A DNA stretch of 64,000 nucleotides from IMG/VR virus record IMGVR_UViG_3300045988_122291, positions 32,001 to 96,000 of that record. One strand, given 5' to 3'. Every line of letters starts with the position of its first letter. Position 1 is the stretch's first letter. Of the stretch, positions 9,984 to 19,190 are shown piece after piece. The notes below the pieces were generated by a model. It was not told the DNA's origin. It was given only the letters and a program-made list of their open reading frames with translations, and did no database searches. The stretch is from a virus. The position numbers and the translations under genes were made by a program.

Positions 9984-10379
9984 TTAATCATTAGAAGTGA
10001 TGGTTACGGGTGCAATCATTTCTGGCAGGAAGTTGACTTCGTAGTGATACTTGTCAACGTAAGCACCACTTACATCTTCGACAACGTAAATCGTCCAATC
10101 GTTAAGATATACAAGGTGCTTTTTGTAAATGCCCTTTCCAATTTCTACCGTGACTTCAAGTTCGTTGGTATTGTTGTTTGCAATAGCGAAGTTGCCAATA
10201 AGTTCAAACACAGGCTTGTCGGTACGAGCGTTAATGACTTCAAGCCTACGAGTTACGTTAAAATTATCGGCTTCTTTTGAAATGTTGTATGCAACGCGGG
10301 TACTCTGACGACCACAACCAGAAGCACATAGAAGGGTTACACCAGCTAATGCGCCAGCAATTACACGTTTGAGATTCAT
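9984..10379 (-). CDS. lipoprotein
   Basis: ATG at 10379 after GAAAGGAAA. Signal peptide ends in the lipobox LLCASGC. Confidence 0.55.
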   Translation of the reverse strand: MNLKRVIAGALAGVTLLCASGCGRQSTRVAYNISKEADNFNVTRRLEVINARTDKPVFELIGNFAIANNNTNELEVTVEIGKGIYKKHLVYLNDWTIYVVEDVSGAYVDKYHYEVNFLPEMIAPVTITSND

Positions 10380-10408
10380 ATAGATTTCCTTTCGTTTAGG
10401 GGAGCGGT

Positions 10409-10678
10409 TCATTCCGTTCCCCTGTTTTTTTCATCGTCATCATTGAACTCTGATAGAAGCCCATCGTCAAATCCATCATACCAACCTTTTTCATAAAAGA
10501 TTTCAGCTTGAGCAATGAATGTGGATAGCAGATTCATAAAGAGTGCTACTGTTTCTTGGTCATTCTCAAACGTCATGCCAAATAGTGACGCTTCTTTATC
10601 TGGAAGGTCGGTATCAACAAGTTTAATGACAGCGTAACCAGAGTTGTTATAATTGAAATGCAGTGTGGGATAAATCAT
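10409..10678 (-). CDS. hypothetical acidic protein
   Basis: Co-directional ORF with an acidic C-terminus. Confidence 0.4.
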   Translation of the reverse strand: MIYPTLHFNYNNSGYAVIKLVDTDLPDKEASLFGMTFENDQETVALFMNLLSTFIAQAEIFYEKGWYDGFDDGLLSEFNDDDEKNRGTE

Positions 10679-10689
10679 GGTTCATGCGC

Positions 10690-11262
10690 TTATTTGCCAG
10701 TAGAACCCAGTCCACCATTTCCTCTTGCTGTATCGCTCAGATTCTTTACTTCGTTGAAATCAATCTGCTGGTATCTGCGAAGTTCCATCTGTGCAATACG
10801 GTCGCCCTTGGCAATGGTAAAATCTGTGCCAGAAGTATTGAGAAGAATTACCTTAATCTCTCCACGATAATCTTCGTCAATTTCACCGCCTACAGTAATA
10901 ATGCCCTTGCTTGCAAGACCAGAGCGAGAACGAATCTTGAGCATGAAGCCTTCTGGCGGTTCGCAAGCAATGCCAGTGCCAATAACTGCGGTAGTGCCAA
11001 CGGGAACAATCTTATCTTCAACAGCATAAAGGTCACACAGACCAGCCTTTGCGCTACCGTACTTAGGGATAATAGCGTCCTCGTTCATCTTCTTAATCTT
11101 TACCTTGACCTTTGCCTTGGTAAACATCTCAAAGGTCTGCGCGGTCATCATCTGTACGAACTGGGGAAGGTCTACTTGCATAGATTGACCGATTGGTGGT
11201 TCACCACCCATTCGTTTGGGGTCGAAGTTTGGGGTTGCTTGATTGGGTAGAATGATTGACAT
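10690..11262 (-). CDS. dut: dUTP diphosphatase with about 55-aa N-terminal extension
   Basis: SD TAAGGAGGAA upstream. dUTPase motifs present: AGLDLY-like GLCDLYA, RSRSGLASKG, GGEIDEDYRGEIKVILLN, GDRIAQ. Confidence 0.8.
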   Translation of the reverse strand: MSIILPNQATPNFDPKRMGGEPPIGQSMQVDLPQFVQMMTAQTFEMFTKAKVKVKIKKMNEDAIIPKYGSAKAGLCDLYAVEDKIVPVGTTAVIGTGIACEPPEGFMLKIRSRSGLASKGIITVGGEIDEDYRGEIKVILLNTSGTDFTIAKGDRIAQMELRRYQQIDFNEVKNLSDTARGNGGLGSTGK

Positions 11263-11334
11263 AATGATTCCTCCTTAAATTTAGATACATAAAAGAATAA
11301 GTGTGTACTAATTGTCTTTCCTTAGTACACACTT

Positions 11335-11363
11335 ATTGTATCATGCTATTTAGTTCTTGTCAA
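11335..11363 (-). promoter_or_regulatory. sigma-A-type promoter (TTGACA-17-TGaTACAAT) abutting a 16-bp hairpin
   Basis: Minus strand: TTGACA (11358-11363), 17-nt spacer, TACAAT (11335-11340). Stem AATAAGTGTGTACTAA/TTAGTACACACTTATT starts inside the -10 box and is followed by TCTTTTAT. Confidence 0.55.
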
Positions 11364-11991
11364 TAGTTACTTCGTAAAAATCTTTCAAATAAGGGATTTT
11401 TTCGAGCATGGTGGAAACGAATACGCGCCACTCTGGAAGTCGATGATTTGCTCTCTGCTTACACATATTAAGTAGAGTTTCAAGGGAGCAATCATAGGTG
11501 TAGCGAATCATGTAACCACTGGGGAGCATATTGCGAATCTCTTGGAAAATAATTGGGTCTTTAGTATCAAGATAAATTTCACGCAGACGGTTAAGTTCCT
11601 TTAGAGTGCCGTCCCACCAAGCCTTATGTTCTGGGTCTTGATAGCACATTTCTTCAAAGCTAAAGTCCACAAGTTCAAATTCTTCAGAAGTGCCCTTGTG
11701 CATGAAACTGCATGAGTTACGAGCAGTGGCGACTTTGTAGGTGTCTTTTTCTGCACAGAAATAAGACGGCGCTACAATATCCATCTGAACGTGAATAAAG
11801 CGTAGGAACTTACGATGTTCTGTACCAGCCTTTACAAGACGTTTTGCAAGGTTAAGGTCAGCTTCACCAAGAGAGAATGTACCGTCTGGGTAAAAGAAGC
11901 TGTCTGACTTAGCCCATGAGTTGAGAGGATTTCGCATACCTCTAAAAGCGCCTTCCCAGCCGTAAGTTTGGATGTTATCAATTTTAATCAT
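11350..11991 (-). CDS. ThyX-like (flavin-dependent thymidylate synthase fold) protein, divergent
   Basis: ATG at 11991 after TAAGGAGGAA. The segment GTEHRKFLRFIHVQMDIVAPSYF...ATARNSCSFMH follows the ThyX GH.S..EH..F.F.I...SR....RHR..S..S.R layout, but I cannot find the RHR triad. Confidence 0.4.
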   Translation of the reverse strand: MIKIDNIQTYGWEGAFRGMRNPLNSWAKSDSFFYPDGTFSLGEADLNLAKRLVKAGTEHRKFLRFIHVQMDIVAPSYFCAEKDTYKVATARNSCSFMHKGTSEEFELVDFSFEEMCYQDPEHKAWWDGTLKELNRLREIYLDTKDPIIFQEIRNMLPSGYMIRYTYDCSLETLLNMCKQRANHRLPEWRVFVSTMLEKIPYLKDFYEVTIDKN

Positions 11992-12004
11992 TGGGGATTC
12001 CTCC

Positions 12005-12517
12005 TTATAAGTGTTGTACATAGTTTTCTTTATGAATAGTGCTGTGTTTGTCATTGTGGCGATTAACCCAAACAGTGCGAACAACAGCAGTACCATCTGC
12101 GTTCAAAATGATAGCGGCACAGGTGTCTTTATCAGGGAACTTGTTATTCTGCAAGCGAACAACAACCTTAGTTACGTTGCCAAGTTCAAATTCAGCTTCA
12201 ATTACTTCGCCGTGCAACATAGCTTTATAGCAATTATGAGGAAGGTGAAGTTCAGAAACACGCTTGAAATAGTGTCGTGTAGGGATAATAGTGTATTTCT
12301 TTCTCAAGGCGTACTGTACGGCATATTCAACTTCATCACACCAGAATACGTTCTTATTAAAAGTGCCGTCAAGAGAATGAATAAAAGTGTTAAAAAGATA
12401 ACTGTTAAGAGAATGGGACAAACAACTCCAAGGATAAGAGCAACCTTTGATAGACTGTTTTGCGCCGTTAATCTTAAAGTAGTCATCGTGAATGTCCACA
12501 TCAAAAGTAATCTTCAT
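12005..12517 (-). CDS. hypothetical protein
   Basis: SD AAGGAGAG upstream; a promoter lies directly upstream. Confidence 0.45.
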   Translation of the reverse strand: MKITFDVDIHDDYFKINGAKQSIKGCSYPWSCLSHSLNSYLFNTFIHSLDGTFNKNVFWCDEVEYAVQYALRKKYTIIPTRHYFKRVSELHLPHNCYKAMLHGEVIEAEFELGNVTKVVVRLQNNKFPDKDTCAAIILNADGTAVVRTVWVNRHNDKHSTIHKENYVQHL

Positions 12518-12560
12518 TTTAATCTCTCCTTAAAAAACAATACTTCTTGTTCATATAGAT

Positions 12561-12589
12561 AGTATATCACAAGAAGTATTGTAAGTCAA
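12561..12589 (-). promoter_or_regulatory. sigma-A-type promoter (TTGACT-17-TGaTATACT) nested in a terminator hairpin
   Basis: Arm ACAATACTTCTTGT lies in the spacer (12569-12582). Its complement is at 12537-12550, followed by TTTTT and then the SD. Confidence 0.6.
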
Positions 12590-12596
12590 GGGTTAT

Positions 12597-12833
12597 TTAG
12601 TTGTCAGAATTAAATAGTGTAACATTACAGTCAATCATGATAACATGGTTGTTGTTATAAGAATAGGTAACGTTATCTACACGAGCAATTTCACAACCAT
12701 TAGGTGAAGTGTAAATATATTCGCCTACACGCGGAGTGGGAGAACCAAGTGGCACTTCCCATTGTACATACGCATAGTCATTGTAATAACCTGTTTCTGC
12801 ATCAAGGTCAAATAGTCTGATTAGTGTGTTCAT
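12597..12833 (-). CDS. hypothetical protein
   Basis: Start overlaps the nrdG stop (ATGA-type junction). Confidence 0.4.
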   Translation of the reverse strand: MNTLIRLFDLDAETGYYNDYAYVQWEVPLGSPTPRVGEYIYTSPNGCEIARVDNVTYSYNNNHVIMIDCNVTLFNSDN

Positions 12834-13354
12834 TAAGTTCCCTCCATTAGAATAGGTTCTTTGTGATTGATAGACATACGAGAAAGGATGACACGCTGAT
12901 TACTTGAGCCACGCCATTTAAGCGTAAGGTCGCGCAGAGAATCAACATATTGTCCATCTACTACTACGTCACATAATGATATTAGGTTTTGGCGGTAGAT
13001 TCTCATGTCAGATTCATCGTTCCATATATCTTCCCACTTAAAGCCAGTCCATAGCCATACTGTTTTACCAAGGCTACGAGCGGTTAAAGCAAGTTGATTC
13101 ATAATGTGAAAGCCTGTGCTGTCTTGACATAGTGGGTCGCCACCTGTGAATGTAATTCCACTGCACCAAGGTTGGTGAAGTGTATCACAAACGAAATTAA
13201 ATTGTTCTTCACTAAATTCATCGCCATTACGGCTATCCCATGTTTCTGGGTTAAAGCAGTTTTTACAATGATGATTACAACCAGATACCCAAACTACGCA
13301 ACGTAAACCGCTACCGTTATTCATGTTACAAGAGTCAATTTTAATATAGTTCAT
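12833..13354 (-). CDS. nrdG: anaerobic ribonucleotide reductase activating protein (radical SAM)
   Basis: CNHHCKNC (CxxxCxxC) lies in VVWVSGCNHHCKNCFNPETW. Size and position next to nrdD fit. Confidence 0.8.
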   Translation of the reverse strand: MNYIKIDSCNMNNGSGLRCVVWVSGCNHHCKNCFNPETWDSRNGDEFSEEQFNFVCDTLHQPWCSGITFTGGDPLCQDSTGFHIMNQLALTARSLGKTVWLWTGFKWEDIWNDESDMRIYRQNLISLCDVVVDGQYVDSLRDLTLKWRGSSNQRVILSRMSINHKEPILMEGT

Positions 13355-13363
13355 ACTGACACC

Positions 13364-14326
13364 TCACATTGATTTACGGTCTTTGAACTCTGCGAGTTTG
13401 TGGTCTGCATACATGGTTCTGCCTTTGATTTTAGAATATCCTAAATACCCGTTCATTCTCTCAATACGAGTGATGTTTTTACTGCCACATTTAGGACATT
13501 CGTCCTTATCAATGAAAGAAGCACCGCAATCTTCACAATAATCAAGCTGTAGATTTACACCTTCATAGAAGCCCATATCCATTGCTCTACGAATGAGAGT
13601 TTTCATTGCTTCAATATTGTAGTCTGTAGTATAACGGCAGTATTGAATATTACCACCATTGCAGAGATGGAACATTGGATATTCAATATCTTGCTTTTGA
13701 ATAGGTGAAATATCTTCCCATACACCACAATGGAATGAATTAGAAGTGTAAGGACGGTCAGATACGCCCTTAATAATGCCGTATTTCTTGCGGAACTGCT
13801 CGACCTGCAAACCGCAAAGGGATTCAGCAGGAGTTCCGTAAAGAGCATATAGAATGTTGTCGATTTTCTTATACTTTTCAGCATAATCATTGATAAACTT
13901 CAGAACTTCAATAGCAAAAGTATTATCTTCAGCAATGGTTTTACCGTTGTACAGTACACTGGTTTCATTGAGTGCAGTAATACCAAAACTCATTGTCATA
14001 GGACGAAGGAAATCTTCGCCAATTTCTTCTTCTGGGTCAAAGTGACCGTTAAGGAAACCGCCTTGACAGAAAGCAAGTGGGTTAGTACCAGCTTTCTTGT
14101 GAGAAAGATAAGTAAATGTGCGCTTATGAATAGCGCGGCACATATCAAGATAATAAGTTAGTACATCATAAAAATCCTTGTTTTCTTGCTTTGCCTTAGC
14201 AAGAATCATAGGAAAGTGAAGAGAGATTGCTCCGAGGTTACAACGCCCTTCATATACAGGCTTGTCTTGGTCATCTGCGGGGTACATACCGCCACGCTCA
14301 TACCAAGGTGAAAGATTTGCTCGACA
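13364..14326 (-). CDS. nrdD: anaerobic ribonucleoside-triphosphate reductase, 3' exon
   Basis: Begins CRANLSPWYERGG with no ATG or SD. The C-terminus has the CEDCG..CPKCG zinc site and the glycyl-radical-type RMNGYLGY. Confidence 0.7.
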   Translation of the reverse strand, partial: CRANLSPWYERGGMYPADDQDKPVYEGRCNLGAISLHFPMILAKAKQENKDFYDVLTYYLDMCRAIHKRTFTYLSHKKAGTNPLAFCQGGFLNGHFDPEEEIGEDFLRPMTMSFGITALNETSVLYNGKTIAEDNTFAIEVLKFINDYAEKYKKIDNILYALYGTPAESLCGLQVEQFRKKYGIIKGVSDRPYTSNSFHCGVWEDISPIQKQDIEYPMFHLCNGGNIQYCRYTTDYNIEAMKTLIRRAMDMGFYEGVNLQLDYCEDCGASFIDKDECPKCGSKNITRIERMNGYLGYSKIKGRTMYADHKLAEFKDRKSM

Positions 14327-15147
14327 CAAGGGAATTATATCCCTTAGACTATATCATAATTGTTTGGTCAATTCTTCGCGCTTCCATAGCAAGAATTGCA
14401 CTTGCTATGTACTCTACTCGGTTACTTTCTGATACAACCCAAATTACATATCAGATACCCTTTTGATAGTCGTTTAACATACATATTCAAATTTGTAATT
14501 ATCAAAATAATTAGGACTTAGTTCGCCTTTTAGCACTCGCGCAATTTTGTGCCTATCCATATGTAAGCACCTACCAGCTTCACGAATAGAAGTGAAATTT
14601 TGCACATTGCCTTCTTTGTCAATAGCGCGAACAGCCGTGTTGTTTTTATGTGTTCTATTGCCACTATCCCAACCATGTTGTACATTATAAGCATTAGTAC
14701 ACCATTCAAGGTTTCCAAGACGGTTGTCTGTTTTATCAGAATTGATATGGTTAACGTACTTATAATTATTAGGATTTGGAATGAAACAATGCGCTAAGAT
14801 AACATGAACTCGTTCATGTACAAAAGTGTGGTCAGGTAAACTACGCATTACTTGTATATATCCATCACTGCCTTTATGTGGGGCGACTTGATTACCTGTA
14901 CGAGAGTTATAAAAGTTAAAATTTTCATCTACCAAAAATCCGTTGTATTCTTTATATTGCATTTTATCACCTTCTTTCGTATAAAATTATTTGAATATGC
15001 TTAGCACAGCGATTATTTCATACTTTTGTATGAACCTTCCCTGTTAGCAGAGATATTAACAAACCATTTCCTGTTTGAACTTACGTTATCTCCACACCAT
15101 ATATTTATATGTTCACGAAGTTTTACATGGGCTATCGTGTCATTTCA
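14327..15147 (-). mobile_element. putative group I intron carrying an HNH homing endonuclease
   Basis: The 5' exon ends ...ATG GGT (final U) directly before an in-frame TGA. The insert ends ...CCCTTG (final G) directly before TGT CGA. Joining gives ...ISRMG|CRANLSPW in frame. Confidence 0.55.
14474..14962 (-). CDS. HNH homing endonuclease (HNH_3-type)
   Basis: SD GAAGGTGA upstream. VHVILAHCFIPNP...VNHINSDKTDNRLGNLEW..NAYN. Sits inside the nrdD interruption. Confidence 0.7.
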   Translation of the reverse strand: MQYKEYNGFLVDENFNFYNSRTGNQVAPHKGSDGYIQVMRSLPDHTFVHERVHVILAHCFIPNPNNYKYVNHINSDKTDNRLGNLEWCTNAYNVQHGWDSGNRTHKNNTAVRAIDKEGNVQNFTSIREAGRCLHMDRHKIARVLKGELSPNYFDNYKFEYVC

Positions 15148-16335
15148 ACCCATTCGACTAATAGTTACACCATACTTTTTATAAATTTCTGGCGCATAAC
15201 CGTCACCTGTACACGAGATAAAATCAGGGTACATACATTTGCTACTGCAATCAATCGCTTCATCAAACAGCCATTCCAGTTCTTTACCTTCGCCGTGAAG
15301 TTCTTTATCATAAAGGAAACTTAGTTTAGGAAATAGTACAGGATGTTTGAAACCTTTCTTACCTTGCCCTTCCTTGCGTACTCTTAGGCAAACAGAAGAT
15401 AGCATAGATTCCATACGGTTAGTACCCAGACCAAAAGAAACAGCAGTAAACGGATAATCGCCACGACTTGAAGCCACAGAATTAAACTTCATTTCCCATG
15501 CTTGGAAACCTTGCTCTGCTTCACGAGCAACTTTATTAAAAGCATAAGTATCTGCCGCTTGTTCGAAGTCCTTGCCACCAGTATCACCTTGCCAATCTTC
15601 CACGATTGTAAAATAATCTTGGTAATATTTTTCATAACTCTTTTGAGCATAAGGAGCAAGTAGTTTATCAATTTCGCTGATTGTATAGCCACCATACTGA
15701 GCCGCCGCCATATTCATAGCAACATCAGCTACAAGGTCAAAAGCTACATCAAGGCTATGTGGTTCTTCATAATCGAGATTACCCATAGTAAATCCACCAG
15801 TAAGAATTGACTTCATATCAGCAAGGCAACAGTTTACACTATCAAGTCTTGAGCCACGGTCGTGAATATAGATATAGCCTTCAGACATAGCTTGTTCTTC
15901 TTCGATAGTAAGGAAGAATTTCTTGTAAAGTTCACTGTTTAATTCGTTATAGACAATAGCCTTTTGTGTGGTTACAAGAGCACTATCGGCATTAGCATTG
16001 CTTCTATCTCCGATAAAAGATAGAGACAGCTTTTTGCTATATACCTTATCCAACATTGAAGCAAAGGCACTCTTATTGTCACGATATTCACGATAAGATT
16101 TTGCTACCGCTGAATTAACCGAATCAAGAGCAACTTCTACCATATTGTGAATAGTATTGACAGGAACAGGAGTTTCATTGTACTGTAACTTGCCACGAAC
16201 GGTTGATACAACCTTATCTTCATCATTCTTAGATAAAGGCATACATACACGTTCCGCACTTTTTTGGATAGCTTTGCGAATCTTGTTTCCGTCAAAATTT
16301 ACGATAGCCCCATTCTTTTTAAGGACTTTAATCAT
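15148..16335 (-). CDS. nrdD: anaerobic ribonucleoside-triphosphate reductase, 5' exon (ATP-cone plus N-terminal barrel)
   Basis: ATP-cone-like MIKVLKKNGAIVNFDGNKIRKAIQKS. Continues into the class III RNR body and ends at SRMG. Confidence 0.7.
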
Positions 16336-16389
16336 AAATTATCACACTCCCTTGTATATAAATTTTTATAACCTACAATATTTTGTAGA

Positions 16390-16423
16390 ATACCATAGTA
16401 ACATAAAAATGTTACTATGGTAT
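16390..16423 (-). terminator. 15-bp perfect hairpin upstream of nrdD (terminator or processing site)
   Basis: ATACCATAGTAACAT-AAAA-ATGTTACTATGGTAT. No clear U tract follows. Confidence 0.35.
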
Positions 16424-16444
16424 GAACAAATTGTAAACAAATTA

Positions 16445-16720
16445 TTAACAATTATTTCTATACTTTACTTTCGTTTCGCGTTCGATTTGACAAATCTTTC
16501 CGTATATTACGCTTAGTGCTTCATATTCGCGTAAATCGAGCATGCCATAACCTCGCTTAAACAGGCATTGGTATACATAATTGTATTGGTCTACCAAGTA
16601 TTGAAAAATCAGCCTTTGCGATTCATATTTAAATTGGTACTCTTGAAAGTAGTCAATGTATGTTGGGTTGCTTGGGTCGTCAAAGAACTTAACTTGAAAT
16701 TCATTGTGTAAATCAAACAT
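16445..16720 (-). CDS. hypothetical protein
   Basis: Co-directional packed ORF. Confidence 0.4.
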   Translation of the reverse strand: MFDLHNEFQVKFFDDPSNPTYIDYFQEYQFKYESQRLIFQYLVDQYNYVYQCLFKRGYGMLDLREYEALSVIYGKICQIERETKVKYRNNC

Positions 16721-16920
16721 TACTTTAAGTCCTCATCAAAACCAATAACGCCAACTTCTGATTTATGAACAAAGATATGATTGCCATTAGCTTTCTTAAT
16801 CATCCAGTATTCTTCACTGCTAATAAATTGGTAGTTTACAACGTTGTAAAGATATAGCGAAGTACCCTGTGACGAAATAATTCTAAGTGTCTGTGGCTTA
16901 TCCATCAATTTACACCTCAC
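16720..16920 (-). CDS. hypothetical protein
   Basis: Overlapping start/stop junctions on both sides. Confidence 0.4.
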   Translation of the reverse strand: MRCKLMDKPQTLRIISSQGTSLYLYNVVNYQFISSEEYWMIKKANGNHIFVHKSEVGVIGFDEDLK

Positions 16921-17405
16921 TTCACGCTAATGCTCTTGTTCTCCACCAGCTTAACGCCATGTAGCGGAGTACCACTTTGTACCATCTTCTTGAGGTCAGC
17001 CTTACTATACTTGTAAGTTTCAATCTTAGTGCATAGGTCTTTGTGGAACTTGAGAAATTCTTCTTCGTTGACTTCGGTACTTGTAGACTTACGGAAAGAA
17101 ATCTTGCAACGCGCGGTTTCAAACTTGCTACCTTGCAGGTCATCGGACAGCATAGCCTTTAGACGATTGATAAGATTTTCCTTGACCTTTCTGCGTTTTG
17201 CAAGATTGACTTCTTCCTTCTTGATAGCGTCACACTCAGCTTCAACAGACTTAATATAGCAAGCGATGTTCTCAATCTTTTCGTCATGTGCTACTTGAAG
17301 CTGGTCAAGTAGCGACATATCGGTAAGGATTTCGCCAGTTTCTTCGTCAATCTCGATGTTGTTCATAAAGTCGAGAATCTGAGAGTTAATATCATATAGT
17401 GTCAT
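16917..17405 (-). CDS. Gp157-like protein (Siphovirus Gp157 family)
   Basis: N-terminal TLYDINSQILDFMNNIEIDEETGEILTD followed by a coiled-coil KRRKVKENLINRLK layout resembles the Gp157 family (from memory). Confidence 0.45.
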   Translation of the reverse strand: MTLYDINSQILDFMNNIEIDEETGEILTDMSLLDQLQVAHDEKIENIACYIKSVEAECDAIKKEEVNLAKRRKVKENLINRLKAMLSDDLQGSKFETARCKISFRKSTSTEVNEEEFLKFHKDLCTKIETYKYSKADLKKMVQSGTPLHGVKLVENKSISVK

Positions 17406-17427
17406 TTTGATTCCTCCATTAAATGGT

Positions 17428-17892
17428 TTATAGTTCTACGTTTTCGATTTCAGCGCGTACTTCAAGCGTATGCAGATACTCGCTCATTACATTTGCTTGA
17501 TGTTCAAGAAGCTCAATAGGACAATTCGGCTCAAAGTCAAGTTTTCCAGCTTCATACTTTACCAGCATATGGTGTAGAAGGGTGTATTTATTCTTGAGTT
17601 CGTGATACTCGTCAATCATACGGCTTACATAAGCAGGAACTTCTTCGACAGGTTCGTTTTCAGTAGGCTCATTCTCGCAATCACAAGAGTCATTACGAAG
17701 GGCAACCTTAAATTCAAAGTTGCCATTTCCGTTTTCGGGATAATTTTCTGCTTCAACTTTAACACTGTATACAGTAAATTTCGGCATAATTGCAATAATA
17801 TTTTCAATCTTGCCGCAATATGGCACGTTATTTGTTTCGAGTCGTTCAATCAGGTCGTCAACATCAATTAGTTCCTTCATCTGTGTTTTCAT
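17428..17892 (-). CDS. hypothetical protein
   Basis: Preferred ATG at 17892 after AAAGGAGAAAACACT. Confidence 0.4.
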   Translation of the reverse strand: MKTQMKELIDVDDLIERLETNNVPYCGKIENIIAIMPKFTVYSVKVEAENYPENGNGNFEFKVALRNDSCDCENEPTENEPVEEVPAYVSRMIDEYHELKNKYTLLHHMLVKYEAGKLDFEPNCPIELLEHQANVMSEYLHTLEVRAEIENVEL

Positions 17893-18079
17893 AGTGTTTT
17901 CTCCTTTTACTAATTTTAATACATTTGTGTCCACCGTGTCGTGTACCGTTAATTTTTACTTGCTTTTCAGTTACCTTTTCGATAGTTCCTTCTTCAAAGT
18001 TGGCTGAAGTGCTTGTTTCATGAATATAAACAACAGTATTTCCGACACGAAGTTCTTTACCAAAGTAATCTCGTGCCAT
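17864..18079 (-). CDS. hypothetical protein
   Basis: Co-directional ORF with a short overlap onto the next gene. Confidence 0.35.
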   Translation of the reverse strand: MARDYFGKELRVGNTVVYIHETSTSANFEEGTIEKVTEKQVKINGTRHGGHKCIKISKRRKHYENTDEGTN

Positions 18080-18084
18080 GAAAG

Positions 18085-18369
18085 TTATACCTTTTCGTAT
18101 GTTTTCTCGAACACATCCGGCTTGCAGGGGTAAAACTCACCGTTTACACCCTTGATGATGTAGTCACCGATTTCAGCGTATATTATGCCCTCAAGGCTGT
18201 CGATGAGTAATCTCCACTCCGTGGTACGTCCTTCCGTGTCTTGCCGGGCGGGAGTAAAAAACGCACCGTGAGTGCAGAAAGTACGGATTTCCTCTCGGTT
18301 CTCACCTGTCCACTGGACAGCTTTGATAACCACGGGCTTCTTACGATATTTCATAACCATTTTCTTCAC
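18085..18369 (-). CDS. hypothetical protein
   Basis: Common phage small-protein pattern KYRKKPVVIKAVQWTGEN. Confidence 0.4.
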   Translation of the reverse strand: MKKMVMKYRKKPVVIKAVQWTGENREEIRTFCTHGAFFTPARQDTEGRTTEWRLLIDSLEGIIYAEIGDYIIKGVNGEFYPCKPDVFEKTYEKV

Positions 18370-18563
18370 TCTCCAAAAATCATAATATATTTAGTTCCAT
18401 GTTCGGGGTCATGCTTGCGTAACCAATCCTTAAATTCCTTGTCAGTAGAACAACGATACATCATATTTTGTATTTCGTTCAAGTTTTGACGAATTGTGTC
18501 AAGGTCTTTGCGAACGCCGTTGATTAAAATTAAAATATCATTGCAAGATTTTAGGTTGACCAT
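18366..18563 (-). CDS. hypothetical protein
   Basis: Co-directional ORF with an ATGA-type junction. Confidence 0.4.
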   Translation of the reverse strand: MVNLKSCNDILILINGVRKDLDTIRQNLNEIQNMMYRCSTDKEFKDWLRKHDPEHGTKYIMIFGE

Positions 18564-18718
18564 GTTTCTTTTTCCTCTCGCTGTTTTTCTCTTTCCAGTA
18601 GCTCTAAAAGAATAGTATAAAGCGCTACATCTCGTGAGCTATATGCGTGATTTGTTCCTCGAATTGGTTCGGGCTTTAAGTATTCCTTACATTCTTTGAT
18701 AGCTTCGTTAATTGTCAA
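18551..18718 (-). CDS. hypothetical 55-aa protein (below the track cut-off)
   Basis: TTG start after GGAGTGATATAA. The translation TINEAIKECKEYLKPEPIRG...LLELLEREKQREEKETWST looks protein-like. It ends overlapping the next start. Confidence 0.4.
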   Translation of the reverse strand: MTINEAIKECKEYLKPEPIRGTNHAYSSRDVALYTILLELLEREKQREEKETWST

Positions 18719-18723
18719 TTATA

Positions 18724-18948
18724 TCACTCCTTTCTAATATCAATACCAGCGTATCTTAGAATATCGTATAAATCTTCGCTTAAATTGCCCACATAATCGC
18801 CATTTTCATCATAAAAGCTGTATGAAGTATAAGGCTTTGCTGTGATACCAGTGGCATCATACAACTTAGTGAAAAACACTTCGTCAACGCCATCGTATTC
18901 AAGATAGTCGTTTAATTCATTGAATTGCTTTTGAGAGATTGTTCTCAT
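18724..18948 (-). CDS. hypothetical protein
   Basis: Co-directional packed ORF. Confidence 0.4.
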   Translation of the reverse strand: MRTISQKQFNELNDYLEYDGVDEVFFTKLYDATGITAKPYTSYSFYDENGDYVGNLSEDLYDILRYAGIDIRKE

Positions 18949-19190
18949 TCTAATTCCTCCTGCAAGTCCATATTCACTGTTTCAGTACCACAAGCGTTCG
19001 GCTGTACCTTATACTCAAAGCCATACTGTTTCTCATAACCTTGCAACACACCTTCGATAGCTTCATAGCCTGTATCGAACCTATGAACATCATGGTTTGC
19101 CTTGTCAATTAGCTGTTCTGGGTCAATTTCATCTTCACATTCAACAATGTGATAGTGCTTAGTTAGTTCAACAATTAGATACTTAGCCAT
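18945..19190 (-). CDS. hypothetical protein
   Basis: ATG lies within the repeated AAAGGAGAAAACCAATGG junction. Confidence 0.4.
   Translation of the reverse strand: MAKYLIVELTKHYHIVECEDEIDPEQLIDKANHDVHRFDTGYEAIEGVLQGYEKQYGFEYKVQPNACGTETVNMDLQEELE

Noticed and set aside
10663-11250. 195-aa + strand ORF, with similar long antisense ORFs at 12011..12562, 27662..28135, 31517..32083, 35761..36231, 46392..46964 and 49726..50094
   Set aside because: Each is antisense to a minus-strand gene with recognisable motifs or coherent packing. None has an SD or a promoter. They are treated as shadow ORFs.
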